From: Patescibacteria group bacterium
Lineage (GTDB): Bacteria > Patescibacteriota > Microgenomatia > Levybacterales > GWA1-39-11
DNA: 62,174 bases
Direction of reading: 5' to 3'
Assembly (NCBI GenBank): GCA_035549295.1
Contig: DASZRG010000026.1
Coordinates: 1-62,174 of the forward strand
The notes beneath the pieces are model-generated. The model did not search any database. It had not been told where the DNA came from and saw only the letters and a program-made list of their open reading frames with translations. The translations under genes and the position numbers were made by a program. Of this stretch, positions 13,373 through 22,942 are shown piece by piece. The first letter of the stretch is position 1. Each line of letters starts with the position of its first letter.

Positions 13373-14143
13373 CTTAAGAATTTTAGCAGATAGTCAAAGT
13401 AAATTAAATATCAAAAATCAAACCCGATTAAATCGCGTTCAAATATCAAAAACAAAACAAATAATGCTTAAAACTTTTCATGCGAGAATTCGTGCGTAAT
13501 ATTTCACAAAATCTTAGCAATTAATATACCTCTATTGCTAACAGAAAATTGGCCAATTAGACGAATAAGTATATCAAAGACAATCATTTAGCTTCGGGAA
13601 ATTCGGACGTCTACAGATAATCTCACCAAGTATTTTTATCGGTAAAGTAAGGGAAGTTGGGATAGTTTGGGAGATGAAAATGATAATTTTTGAGCTTGGG
13701 AAATTCTCAGAAACGCTTGTTTTTTCTTATCACAAACTTATCAAAAGATATTTTCACCATGCCTAACTTTTTACGAAATGAAGCTGGTGATATTATGAGG
13801 AAAATTGGTGAACATAAAATTTACATGCGAATTTTCTACAAATTTAAATAGTGCGAAATTTTGCGAATTGAGAGGTAGACAAGATGAAAGAATTACGAGT
13901 TAATTCTTAAATTGTTCATTTTAAAAATTAATTGGTAATTGGAAATTTGAAATTGGATATTCCCCTTTGATACTTTTGTTTACCCCGAACTAGATTCGGG
14001 AATACCTGTGATACTTTTGCTACCTTTCAAAAAAGGATTGGGACAGGATGAAGTGCGACGTGAAGTCGCGGCGGATCGATAGATCCACTTTTACATCACC
14101 CTGCCCCGGCACCTTATCTAGTTGCGAGAGTTTTCAGACCAGA

Positions 14144-14632
14144 CTAGCTGGCGGACTTGGCTTTTTGCCTTTCCCTCTCCAGCTTACGCCGATAAGAGGC
14201 ATCAACCTCGCGCAATGCGGCGGGAGGCGTGAATCGGAGAAGCTCATCCTCGAAAGCGTGGAGTTGACTATCCAGCTCAAGAATCGCTGACCGGAGATCC
14301 GCCTCGGACATTGAGTCGAGGTTTTGGGTTATCGCGGCAACCAGGTCGCTCGGAAGCCTCTTTTCTGCCTTGAGGGCGCGAAGCTTACGAGCAAGCCAGA
14401 AGTAGTAGAGGCGATTGCATGATTTGCAATCGTCGTCGTCGCCGAGGTCAACCCCTGTGGCTGCTTGATCAGGATCGATCTCGCATCCACAGAACGACCA
14501 GATGAAGTACTTCCCGCGGCGGTTCATTGACCGAGATATCCCGTAACCCCGGTGATTTTTTTTGCCCGAAGTCGACTTACCCCAGTAAACCATATCGGGC
14601 CGGGTGGGATCGATGATGCTGGCCTGGGTCAT
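14144..14632 (-). CDS. Hypothetical protein with a CxC...CxxC cysteine cluster and C-terminal coiled coil (islet 1)
   Basis: Track ORF 14144-14701. The ATG at 14632 has GGAGG 7 nt upstream. Sequence: MTQASIIDPTRPDMVYWGKS...FCGCEIDP...CKSCNRLYYFW. No family recognised. Confidence 0.6.
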   Translation of the reverse strand: MTQASIIDPTRPDMVYWGKSTSGKKNHRGYGISRSMNRRGKYFIWSFCGCEIDPDQAATGVDLGDDDDCKSCNRLYYFWLARKLRALKAEKRLPSDLVAAITQNLDSMSEADLRSAILELDSQLHAFEDELLRFTPPAALREVDASYRRKLERERQKAKSAS

Positions 14633-14719
14633 GGCGCTTCCTCCGACAAGGGTTAAATTCGACCGAAAAGTCGAACTCGAGTTTGCCTGTACTGCTACCA
14701 ATGTCGTCCTCCTGACGAA

Positions 14720-15178
14720 CTAAGCGAATGCTGGTCGGCTAACAGGTTGCGTGTTTTGCATACGCTGTCGATTCTGTCGACGCTGCCGGCGCTCAGATCT
14801 CCTTTTGTCAATTTTTTCTCTGCGCCAGTTGCTATGCGCTTCCTGTCCCTTTCTCTTCCAGTCATCTGCTGTCGTAAAACTGCGGACGACCCACTCGATC
14901 TGCCCTACTGGCTGTTGGTTTTCATCAGCAAGAAACAGCGCGTCGTAAACGAACTTGACTTGCTGCATTCGCTTTAGCTCACGGATACTCCTGATCTTCG
15001 TGCCGAAGCAAACCTTTCCATCTTGAATATCGGCAAATACAAACAAGTCGAAGCTTGCTTCGATTTTGGGCCGCCCATGTAAATTGGGCGTGATACGCAC
15101 GATTCGATGGGTGTGGTCGATGACGGCCGCACCAGATGCGATCTGGCCCGGAAGCGTGTGAAGAGGCGGTCCTGACAT
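14720..15178 (-). CDS. Hypothetical protein with an arginine-rich basic C-terminal tail (islet 1)
   Basis: AGGAG lies 4 nt upstream of the ATG at 15178. The C-terminus is KIDKRRSERRQRRQNRQRMQN. No family recognised. Confidence 0.6.
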   Translation of the reverse strand: MSGPPLHTLPGQIASGAAVIDHTHRIVRITPNLHGRPKIEASFDLFVFADIQDGKVCFGTKIRSIRELKRMQQVKFVYDALFLADENQQPVGQIEWVVRSFTTADDWKRKGQEAHSNWRREKIDKRRSERRQRRQNRQRMQNTQPVSRPAFA

Positions 15179-15206
15179 TTATCTCCTGTCGTAGGTCCAA
15201 AATACT

Positions 15207-15266
15207 CACCCTAAGGGTGGCTAGTCAGGCACAAATATTTGTACCCAAATAGCCACTCTCAGGGTG
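15207..15266. promoter_or_regulatory. Two copies of the 13-bp palindrome CACYCTNAGGGTG, each adjoined by GCTA/TAGC, upstream of the islet-1 operon
   Basis: CACCCTAAGGGTGGCTA at 15207-15223 and TAGCCACTCTCAGGGTG at 15250-15266. They lie 30-90 nt upstream of the ATG at 15178 (minus strand). Confidence 0.4.
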
Positions 15267-15544
15267 TTTTTTACTCTCGCAAGTTATCAAGGTGCATTCT
15301 GGCTTTTAGCACGTGGCACTTAGCTTTTGGTTTATGCTACTAAACCAGGTAAATGCGCAAGGCGGAGCCAAAATTTAGCAAATCTTACCAGAAATAATGC
15401 TTAAATGCAAACTATGGGCCTATTTGTAAGAGAAATTTTTTATATACTCTGGGACAAGTTATTTTTCACACAAATGACAACTTATTTTCAAAAGGAGAAT
15501 AACATCTGGGGAATTAAAGAAGATTAACTGTGAGCCGATGGTGA

Positions 15545-15581
15545 CCCGCCTGCAGCGCTATGCGTAGCATTGCGGGCAGGG
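15545..15581. repeat. Small palindromic element P1 (CCCGCCTGCAGCGCTATGCGTAGCATTGCGGGCAGGG); second copy at 4730-4765
   Basis: The two copies differ at 2 positions over their shared 36 nt. Each folds as CCTGC..CGCTATGC-GTA-GCATTGCG..GCAGG and each is flanked by short direct repeats. Confidence 0.8.
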
Positions 15582-15586
15582 ACTAG

Positions 15587-15659
15587 AGCCGATGGTGAGA
15601 CTTGAACTCACGACTTGCTCTTTACGAAAGAGCTACTCTACCAACTGAGTTACATCGGC
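15587..15659 (-). tRNA. tRNA-Thr (anticodon CGU), no encoded CCA
   Basis: Reverse complement: GCCGATGTAACTCAGTTGGTAGAGTAGCTCTTTCGTAAAGAGCAAGTCGTGAGTTCAAGTCTCACCATCGGCT. The cloverleaf is perfect, with anticodon loop TTCGTAA. Confidence 0.9.
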
Positions 15660-16192
15660 GAAAAATATATTATAGATTAGATATTGCATATTATATAGAG
15701 GAATTAACGAACACAAAAACGAAGTTAAAAGTGCAGATAAAAATGATCCCATGATACCCGTGGTACACTTGATACCCGTGATACCCTTAAATAATATCTG
15801 CCCTTAAACACTTGTAGGAAACGCTTCCCCGACATGTAAAATGGGAGGGGTGCAAGCCTAGTCCACGGACTAACCTAAATTCACCTTATTTCCATCCTTG
15901 CGGATAAATACCCGATCGGAAAAGTTGTAGAGGAAAACATGTTTCCTACAAATTTGTTCAAGAGCAAGATTCATTATAGAATCGCGATTTTTCACTGTCA
16001 AGATTTAAAATACTATGTTGGACAAGAAAATAGAACACTATTTTAAAAAACTAATATCCAAGCAACAAATTACAAATAAATTGTAAATTTTAAACTCTAA
16101 AAAGATGCAGCTTTGATTTTGAGATTTATAGATTTGAAGATTATTTGAAAATTGGAATTTTGTAATTGAAAATTAAATGATACTATTATGGT

Positions 16193-18925
16193 ATGCTACA
16201 TTTTCGGGCTTTATTTGATAAATATAGAAATAGGCGTGGCTTGACGCTGGTATTCTTATTTGTTCTTGCCTGTATTTCATTTGCTCTAGTTGGCTTCGTT
16301 CTACCCACCCAAAAAAATCAAAACCTACGTGTATTGATAGGAAAAGAGCTCTTCCCAACACCAAGCAAAAATCAGGCAACATCATACAAAATAGAGTTAG
16401 AGTTTGACACATCAACTCAAAAAATCGCTATCCAAAAAATAACTGCCATTCCAGAGAAAATCGTCACCAACACTCGACTCTCAGGTCAATCCCCATATGA
16501 ACTTGCATTGTCAAACGATAAATCCCCCGAAGCTTTTCGCGAAAAAATAACAATTTTTCAGCGAGTTATCGCACATTCTTCCAACCAAAAAGAAAATCTA
16601 CCGACCAACATCAAGTTTCCTGAAAAAGTTGCAACAATTATCTATACACCATATGTAAAAGACGTCGACTCCGTAGTAATTTATAAAAATGGGAAAGCTG
16701 TCGCAAAAACAAAAGTACCTGACAAAGAAAAGTCATATGAAGCTTTTATTCCTGTTAGTGTTGCTGACAATGGTAAGTTAAAAATAGCAATTATTGGTGA
16801 TGGTCTAGGTGGCAATTTTCAGTCGATGGCGCAAAGCTTCATCTCTTCTATTGCAAATGTTGCACCATATGGAAATACTGCCGATCTGATGGATTTTATT
16901 CCATACGACGGCGCGGCGTCGGCCGGATGCACAAATGGATCAAATGGGATCCTCAACTGCATACAGAGCGCGACAATGCAAAGTGTAATGCAGCAAGTCA
17001 TGAGCGCAACTGGTGCACAAGGAGTTGTCGTATTATCAAATGGGGGCGGAATTAGCGCGACAATGCCCGGCATTCCAGGACCAGCAATCATAAATACCTC
17101 CGATCAACCCACAGGACTTACATGGATCGCGACACATGAATTTCTGGGTCATGAAATAGCCCAACTAAATGACCGATATTACAATGCGGATGTTGGTGGT
17201 GGCGGCGATATCGGAATTACAAATAACAACTGCTCTCGCAATCCGAACGGTGAGTCTTGGTGGAAAACAGCAGACCCAAATTCTGTCGCAACGCTTGGGT
17301 GCCAATCAGCAACAACTTATGCACCCTACCCCAACACCTGCGGAGTCGGAAAAGGAAATGAAAATTCTATCATGTCAGGAAATTGCAATCACAGCGGCCA
17401 ATTTGATCCTGTTGAATCTTATTGGATAAGCAATTATATTATCCCCAATCTTGGATCAAGTGGTTCATCCACTGGCGGCGGCACCGGATCATCAGGTGGA
17501 AGCACGGGCGGAGTTTGTCAGTGTCTACATGGTGGGATTGTTGTTGATGGACCAGGTGGATCAAATATTGATTATGACCATACTGGAACGTGTGGTGTCG
17601 CCTATTACGGAACAGACAACAACTGGTATGCATGTACATCAACTGGCTGGGGAAGCCCAATTCCTGCCGGAAGCTGTCTAAATGGCCGCATTATTGACGA
17701 TAAAACAGGCGCTTTTATATCCAATGAATACGTTGGGACACCTGGACAAGCTGTCTGCGGAGCTGATCATCACTGGTACACTTGCAACAATGGCGACTGG
17801 GGACCTGCGGGACCAGCATGTGGCGGTACATCATCTGGGAGTGGATCGTCGTCAGGAGGAGGCTCGTCATCTGGCGGCGGATCTACCCCGCCTCAAAACA
17901 CAAACGGTTACAGCCTGACACTAACACCTAGTAAAACTACTTACGTAACTGGTGAGGTAGGTCAACTGTGTTACAAGTTAACTCCCGCCAATGTACCTTT
18001 TCATGCAGTCCTAACCCAATCGATGAATAACGGACCGTTTGGCGTACTTTTAACTTGGGATGACGATGGAAATGGCGGCGGCGGATGCATACCATCAACT
18101 GCTGCCAATGTCCCAGGATCTTACACGCTCCAACTCCAAGCAGTAGCAAACAGTGGACAGGCATATGCGCAAACTAACTTAACAATCGTCGCAGGAACTC
18201 CACCCACGATTAGTCCAACAGGTGCTACAATTAGCCCAACGAGCGGCACTACTCCGCCAGTCTCACCAACGACCGTGACAAGCCCAACCGTTGCTGTATC
18301 ACCAACAGAAGTTGTACCAACACTCGTACCAAATGCGACTGATACTCCAGCTGTATCACCAACTCCAGCCATAAGCGACACATCAACTCCTGTCCCTTCC
18401 CAAAACCCAACGAGCGCTCCGAGCGTCGCGCCGACTATCACATCCGACAACGGTCAAGTTGGAATATCGCTCACGATTCCAGGAATCGGCGGCAATACTG
18501 GCCTTGGAGAAAATGCCAATCCAACAGGTGGCGTAAAAAGCGGCATGATACAAATAAACGGCGGAGACACCCAAAACGTTACATTCAACTTTAATTCACA
18601 ATCTTTCACATTTAATAGCTTGGCTCCCCTCCCCCAAGCAACTTATGAAATAAGGGTGAGAACAGACAATTCGCTGTGGCGAGATCTGGGATTTGTAAAT
18701 GTTGCGACCGGCACGACAATAAATCTTCCGACAACGACGCTTGTCATGGGAGATCTCAACCAAGATAACCAGCTGGACCTGATGGACTACAACATGCTCA
18801 TCTCATGTTACGGAAATGCTTCATGTGACCAAAAATCGTCAGCCGATTTCAATATGGATGGGAAAGTGGATGAGAGAGATGTGAATATATTCTACTCAAG
18901 CCTAGCCAACCGAGTGGGAGACTAG
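16193..18925 (+). CDS. Secreted or anchored M64-like zinc-metallopeptidase-like protein with Cys-rich module, PT-rich linker, Ig-like module and C-terminal dockerin
   Basis: N-terminal anchor LTLVFLFVLACISFALVGFVL. ATHEFLGHEIAQLNDRYY (His at nt 17135) resembles the M64 motif HEFGHSFxxLxDEY, but with one extra residue (HExxxH). The C-terminal GDLNQDNQLDLMDYNMLISCYG...ADFNMDGKVDERDVNIFY forms two dockerin-type Ca-binding loops. Confidence 0.75.
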   Translation: MLHFRALFDKYRNRRGLTLVFLFVLACISFALVGFVLPTQKNQNLRVLIGKELFPTPSKNQATSYKIELEFDTSTQKIAIQKITAIPEKIVTNTRLSGQSPYELALSNDKSPEAFREKITIFQRVIAHSSNQKENLPTNIKFPEKVATIIYTPYVKDVDSVVIYKNGKAVAKTKVPDKEKSYEAFIPVSVADNGKLKIAIIGDGLGGNFQSMAQSFISSIANVAPYGNTADLMDFIPYDGAASAGCTNGSNGILNCIQSATMQSVMQQVMSATGAQGVVVLSNGGGISATMPGIPGPAIINTSDQPTGLTWIATHEFLGHEIAQLNDRYYNADVGGGGDIGITNNNCSRNPNGESWWKTADPNSVATLGCQSATTYAPYPNTCGVGKGNENSIMSGNCNHSGQFDPVESYWISNYIIPNLGSSGSSTGGGTGSSGGSTGGVCQCLHGGIVVDGPGGSNIDYDHTGTCGVAYYGTDNNWYACTSTGWGSPIPAGSCLNGRIIDDKTGAFISNEYVGTPGQAVCGADHHWYTCNNGDWGPAGPACGGTSSGSGSSSGGGSSSGGGSTPPQNTNGYSLTLTPSKTTYVTGEVGQLCYKLTPANVPFHAVLTQSMNNGPFGVLLTWDDDGNGGGGCIPSTAANVPGSYTLQLQAVANSGQAYAQTNLTIVAGTPPTISPTGATISPTSGTTPPVSPTTVTSPTVAVSPTEVVPTLVPNATDTPAVSPTPAISDTSTPVPSQNPTSAPSVAPTITSDNGQVGISLTIPGIGGNTGLGENANPTGGVKSGMIQINGGDTQNVTFNFNSQSFTFNSLAPLPQATYEIRVRTDNSLWRDLGFVNVATGTTINLPTTTLVMGDLNQDNQLDLMDYNMLISCYGNASCDQKSSADFNMDGKVDERDVNIFYSSLANRVGD

Positions 18926-19045
18926 CCGCAAGGGTTTAGCGTTTAGCGGTTAGGGGTTAGTTAAGAACTAAGAACCAACCGCCAACAGCCAACCCCAAAT
19001 CTCTTGACTTACCTTCCGCTTTCGCTCTATTCTAGATACGTGGGT

Positions 19046-21373
19046 ATGTTTTCATATCGAGAGTTTTTGCGCGAGTTTAGACGAACTGTATTTTTCAAGC
19101 GCGGCGGCGGCCTCGTGCTTTTCGGCATAGTACTTTCAGCTCTCTCCTTTACTCTACTCACATATCAATATTTACCGGAGTCAATTAACCCCCAGCAATC
19201 CTATCAGAGTTTAATTAAAGTAAGTATTAGTGATTACTACATTCCATTTACTGATGCCCCCTATAGTGGAAAGACAGAAATACCAAAGTCTGGACACACT
19301 TGTACAGATGGTAATGATGGAGTTAAAACAACAGGAGGAATACTTGGAACAACTAAATATGCCTGTAACAAAGATTCATCTGGCAATCAATCAATTTGTA
19401 CGGATATCGGAGATGGTTATCTTCGCTGCTCAGCAACAAAACCAGTTACATCTCTTTATACCAACAACGGCAGTAATTCATATACCTGTTCTACTGATAA
19501 ATTAAAAATCACCAAAACATCAGGAGAGGATGTAATTTCATGTCCGTCAATTGGAGGACAACAATCATATTGCTATAACACAGCAGGAGATACCAATGCA
19601 TATGCTTGCGGCATTCCGGGTAATCCAAATCCCATAATCACTGGGCCAACGTCTACTCCTGCGCCGTCATCAGGTCTTCCGCCAAGTGATGCAACTTGCA
19701 ATCTTAACAATCCACAAGCATATTGCGTAGGCTGGGTTTTATCGCCAGGAAATGACCTCTACAATCCGCCAGCTTTAACTTCTGATGCTTCAGCCTGCTG
19801 GGCAAGATGCAATAGTGATCCAAATTGTCTTTCATATAGTTGGCATAAAGTCACAAGTAATGGGCTGGGTGAATGTTGGGAGAAAAATATAGTTAATACT
19901 CCTATCAAAAATATAGAATATAACTCAGGTCTTGTTTATCCAAAGACTCCAGCTCCAACTGTTCCACCACCAGTCAAAGTTACTCCACCGCCAGCAGGAC
20001 CTCCTCCCGGAACCAATCTTCTAACAGGAACTTGCGACCATGGTGGAATAGTTGTTGATGGGCCTGGTGGGTCAAATATAGATACCAACTTTTCTGGTCA
20101 GGTAGGAAATGCATATTACGGAACGGATAACAATTGGTATGCATGTACTTCAAAAGGCTGGTATGGACCAATTACTGCCGGCAGCTGCCTCAATGGGAAT
20201 ATTATTGACGCAACGACTGGAAGCGCTTTAACAACTGAATTTGTCGGTGAGCCAAATCAATTTGTCTGTGGTGCAGACTTTCAAAACTGGCAATGTAATG
20301 GAGCTGGAGTCTGGGTTGCAAAGGGCGGTTCATGCGGACGTCCTGCAAGCACCTGCACTGGAACCAACAAGCTAGCATGTAATAGCGACTGCTGGTCTGT
20401 TACGTCATCTGCGTGTGCAGTTCCTTACTCTTGTCCGACAGGCGCAGGCGGACCCACATGCTCACAACCTGCTGGTGGATCATCCGGCGGAGGAAGCGGT
20501 AGCGGAAGCGGAGGCAACCAAACTCCACCTCCACCACTGACAACTCCGACACTTCCAGCTTGTCAAAATAATGGCACAACCTCACTTGCATGTGGTCAAA
20601 AATGTCTTTGCGTTGGAGCGGGTGATGCGTCTTGTGATCACAGCCAAATAACACTCGATTCGCCAACGAATACCTGTGGTACGGGTGCTAAATGGACTTG
20701 TGCTTCAGGCGCGTCCAACCCTATTTGTCAGCCGGCAACGAGTCCGACCAGTGCGATTAGTCCAACAGTTGCAACAAGTCCTACTGTTGTAACAAGTCCA
20801 ATAGTTGCCGTTTCCGATACGCCTATACCCGGTCTAACTAGCACAAATGCTCCCACCTCAACTCCAATTATTACTGGTACAAGTATTGGACTTTATTTGA
20901 CCCTCGATGGTGTCGGATCAAATGCATCGATTGGTCAGAATAACAATCCTATCAATGCCAATATGCCTGTCCAAGTCCAGATATTTGACGTAACAGGCAA
21001 CAAGATTCAAGAGACATCGGGAACGCTTAATTACAACTCGCAAAGCGCACAATTCGAAGGAGTTATCGCACTCGGCAATCTTCCGACCAATCCTTACAAC
21101 ATCAAAGTCAGATTCAACAATACTCTATGGAAGAGAGTAAGCAGCATAATAACAGCAGGACAGTCTACCAAAATTCCATCGGTCAAACTCATAAACGGAG
21201 ACCTAAATGGCGACAATCAACTTGATCTTCTGGACTACACAACTATGATATCCTGTTATGGTACGGGCCAGTGTAGTCAGAAAGCTGCGGCCGACCTCAA
21301 TCTCGACGGCGTAGTTGACGAGAAAGATTTGAACCTCCTCTATTCCCACTTCGCCGTGCGCGAAGGAGACTAG
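19046..21373 (+). CDS. Secreted Cys-rich protein with PAN/apple-like segment, shared Cys-rich module, Ig-like module and C-terminal dockerin
   Basis: Track ORF 19004-21373 starts at TTG; the ATG at 19046 gives MFSYREF. CWARCNSDPNCLSYSWHKVTSNGLGECWEKN is PAN/apple-like. The C-terminus is GDLNGDNQLDLLDYTTMISCYG...ADLNLDGVVDEKDLNLLY. Confidence 0.75.
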   Translation: MFSYREFLREFRRTVFFKRGGGLVLFGIVLSALSFTLLTYQYLPESINPQQSYQSLIKVSISDYYIPFTDAPYSGKTEIPKSGHTCTDGNDGVKTTGGILGTTKYACNKDSSGNQSICTDIGDGYLRCSATKPVTSLYTNNGSNSYTCSTDKLKITKTSGEDVISCPSIGGQQSYCYNTAGDTNAYACGIPGNPNPIITGPTSTPAPSSGLPPSDATCNLNNPQAYCVGWVLSPGNDLYNPPALTSDASACWARCNSDPNCLSYSWHKVTSNGLGECWEKNIVNTPIKNIEYNSGLVYPKTPAPTVPPPVKVTPPPAGPPPGTNLLTGTCDHGGIVVDGPGGSNIDTNFSGQVGNAYYGTDNNWYACTSKGWYGPITAGSCLNGNIIDATTGSALTTEFVGEPNQFVCGADFQNWQCNGAGVWVAKGGSCGRPASTCTGTNKLACNSDCWSVTSSACAVPYSCPTGAGGPTCSQPAGGSSGGGSGSGSGGNQTPPPPLTTPTLPACQNNGTTSLACGQKCLCVGAGDASCDHSQITLDSPTNTCGTGAKWTCASGASNPICQPATSPTSAISPTVATSPTVVTSPIVAVSDTPIPGLTSTNAPTSTPIITGTSIGLYLTLDGVGSNASIGQNNNPINANMPVQVQIFDVTGNKIQETSGTLNYNSQSAQFEGVIALGNLPTNPYNIKVRFNNTLWKRVSSIITAGQSTKIPSVKLINGDLNGDNQLDLLDYTTMISCYGTGQCSQKAAADLNLDGVVDEKDLNLLYSHFAVREGD

Positions 21374-21482
21374 GAAACCTGCCGGAAGGTATCAAAAGTA
21401 CCATAAGCATCAAGGATATCAAAAGCTAATCTCTGGATTAAAATATTGGTGGCATTGGTAGTAATTGTAGTATTATTAAACT

Positions 21483-22832
21483 GTGTTTGAGAAATTATTC
21501 CCTACTTATCGCAGACTTGGATTATTCCTTTTCTTGGCTGTTGCTGTTTTGTCTATCCCTTTCACGCTCTCGCTGCTGTCTCATCAACAGGACATAAGAC
21601 AGCATGCTGACTATGAGGATACCTCCACTCAACCGCCGCCGAATTATAACGATCAGACTCAAAGCAATACGTCAATCGCAGTTGGTGGCGATACAACAAC
21701 ACAAGCAGGAGACGTTACTGGATATGAGAAAACCCCTTTCGGAACGGCCTCATGTGGACCAGGCGGATGTTTTCTTGCAAATGGCGATGAGGTGGGAGAT
21801 GTAAATGGCAAGATGGCAATTACAAATGGTGCCTCGCTAACTTGCGGTTCCACTGGATGTGTAAACGCAAATGGAACGACTGTAGATCCAAATGCTGCAC
21901 GCCAGTCTCTTGGTCCAGGTCTTCAAGCCTGCACCACTCTGGCATCAAGGAATGGCTTTCCAAATGTCCAACAAATGTGCCAATATCACGACCTGTCAAA
22001 CCCCATGTGCCCAGTTGTTGGTGCCACAAATGGTCTTTGCTGTGACGCGTGTGGATCCGCCGATACACTGTCGCCTGCGACAAACACTTCGCTCTATGTA
22101 ACGCTTACTCCTACTCCAATTCAATCGACACCAACTTCAACACCAAGACCCACCAGAACACCAACCCCGATTAAGTCTGGAATTTTTTCAACTTTAACTC
22201 CGACCCAATCCGTAACAACATTCATGCCGCCCGATACTGTAACCCCGATTCAATCGATACCAACGGAGATTCCGACTCAAAATGCCGAAATAGCATCAGT
22301 AGTAAGTCCAACACAACAAGCATCACAAACAACTCCGGGCGCAACCAGCATAAATCTTTCAATAAAAGTTGAAGGAGTTGGCTCAAACACAACTATCGGA
22401 GAGAATCCAAATCCCAATCCGTCAACCCAATATATTAATGTTTCGATCTTTGACTTGAATAATAACTTTCTTCAAGAAATCCCTTCCTCAGTCAACTATG
22501 ATAGCCCCTCTTCGACTTTCAAAAATATAATATCTGCAAGTATTCCAAGCGGCACCTACAAGCTCAAAATCAGACTTGGAAATACTTTGTGGAAAGCTAT
22601 TAATAATGCTGTTCTAAACTCTCAAACAACCCCTATCTCTGTCTCGATCGTCCCCGGAGACCTCAACTCAGATAATTCTCTTGATCTGTATGACTACAAC
22701 ACTATGATATCTTGTTATGGTACAAGCCAGTGCAGTCAGAAAACTCAAGCTGACCTCAATATGGATGGCAAAGTTGACGAGCAAGACCTGAATATCCTGT
22801 ATTCCGAGTTTACGAACCGACAAGGAGACTAG
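21483..22832 (+). CDS. Secreted Cys-rich protein with Ig-like module and C-terminal dockerin
   Basis: GTG start. N-terminus RLGLFLFLAVAVLSIPFTLSLLSHQQDIRQHAD. C-terminus GDLNSDNSLDLYDYNTMISCYG...ADLNMDGKVDEQDLNILY. Confidence 0.75.
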   Translation: MFEKLFPTYRRLGLFLFLAVAVLSIPFTLSLLSHQQDIRQHADYEDTSTQPPPNYNDQTQSNTSIAVGGDTTTQAGDVTGYEKTPFGTASCGPGGCFLANGDEVGDVNGKMAITNGASLTCGSTGCVNANGTTVDPNAARQSLGPGLQACTTLASRNGFPNVQQMCQYHDLSNPMCPVVGATNGLCCDACGSADTLSPATNTSLYVTLTPTPIQSTPTSTPRPTRTPTPIKSGIFSTLTPTQSVTTFMPPDTVTPIQSIPTEIPTQNAEIASVVSPTQQASQTTPGATSINLSIKVEGVGSNTTIGENPNPNPSTQYINVSIFDLNNNFLQEIPSSVNYDSPSSTFKNIISASIPSGTYKLKIRLGNTLWKAINNAVLNSQTTPISVSIVPGDLNSDNSLDLYDYNTMISCYGTSQCSQKTQADLNMDGKVDEQDLNILYSEFTNRQGD

Positions 22833-22942
22833 ATGATAGGAGTTAGGGGTTGGCGTTTGGGGGTTAGCAAAAGACTAAAAGCTAAGAGCTAAATGCCAAC
22901 CGCCATTCACTACTCTTGTTTCGCTGTCGCCAATCTCCTATC

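Larger units (their letters stand above)
14040..15290. other. Compositionally distinct islet 1: higher GC, two Shine-Dalgarno-led ORFs, located between the two tRNA-Thr genes
   Basis: A hand count of one 60-nt line gives about 55% GC, against about 42-48% in nearby coding DNA and under 25% in the flanking spacers. Both ORFs have GGAGG-type ribosome-binding sites, unlike most other genes here. Confidence 0.6.

Noticed and set aside
13292-14040. The 750-nt ORF-free region (also 15660-16190) as a possible structured RNA gene (tmRNA, RNase P, SRP, 6S)
   Set aside because: I found none of the conserved core motifs of these RNAs. The sequence is dominated by word repeats. An unknown small RNA cannot be excluded without covariance-model searches or transcriptomics.
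16819-18574. Numerous short ORFs on both strands inside the dockerin-protein genes (for example 17169-17429, 17439-17660, 18121-18450, 19230-19505, 21604-22101, 22991-23393)
   Set aside because: They overlap long, domain-bearing plus-strand genes and have biased low-complexity composition typical of alternative-frame artefacts.
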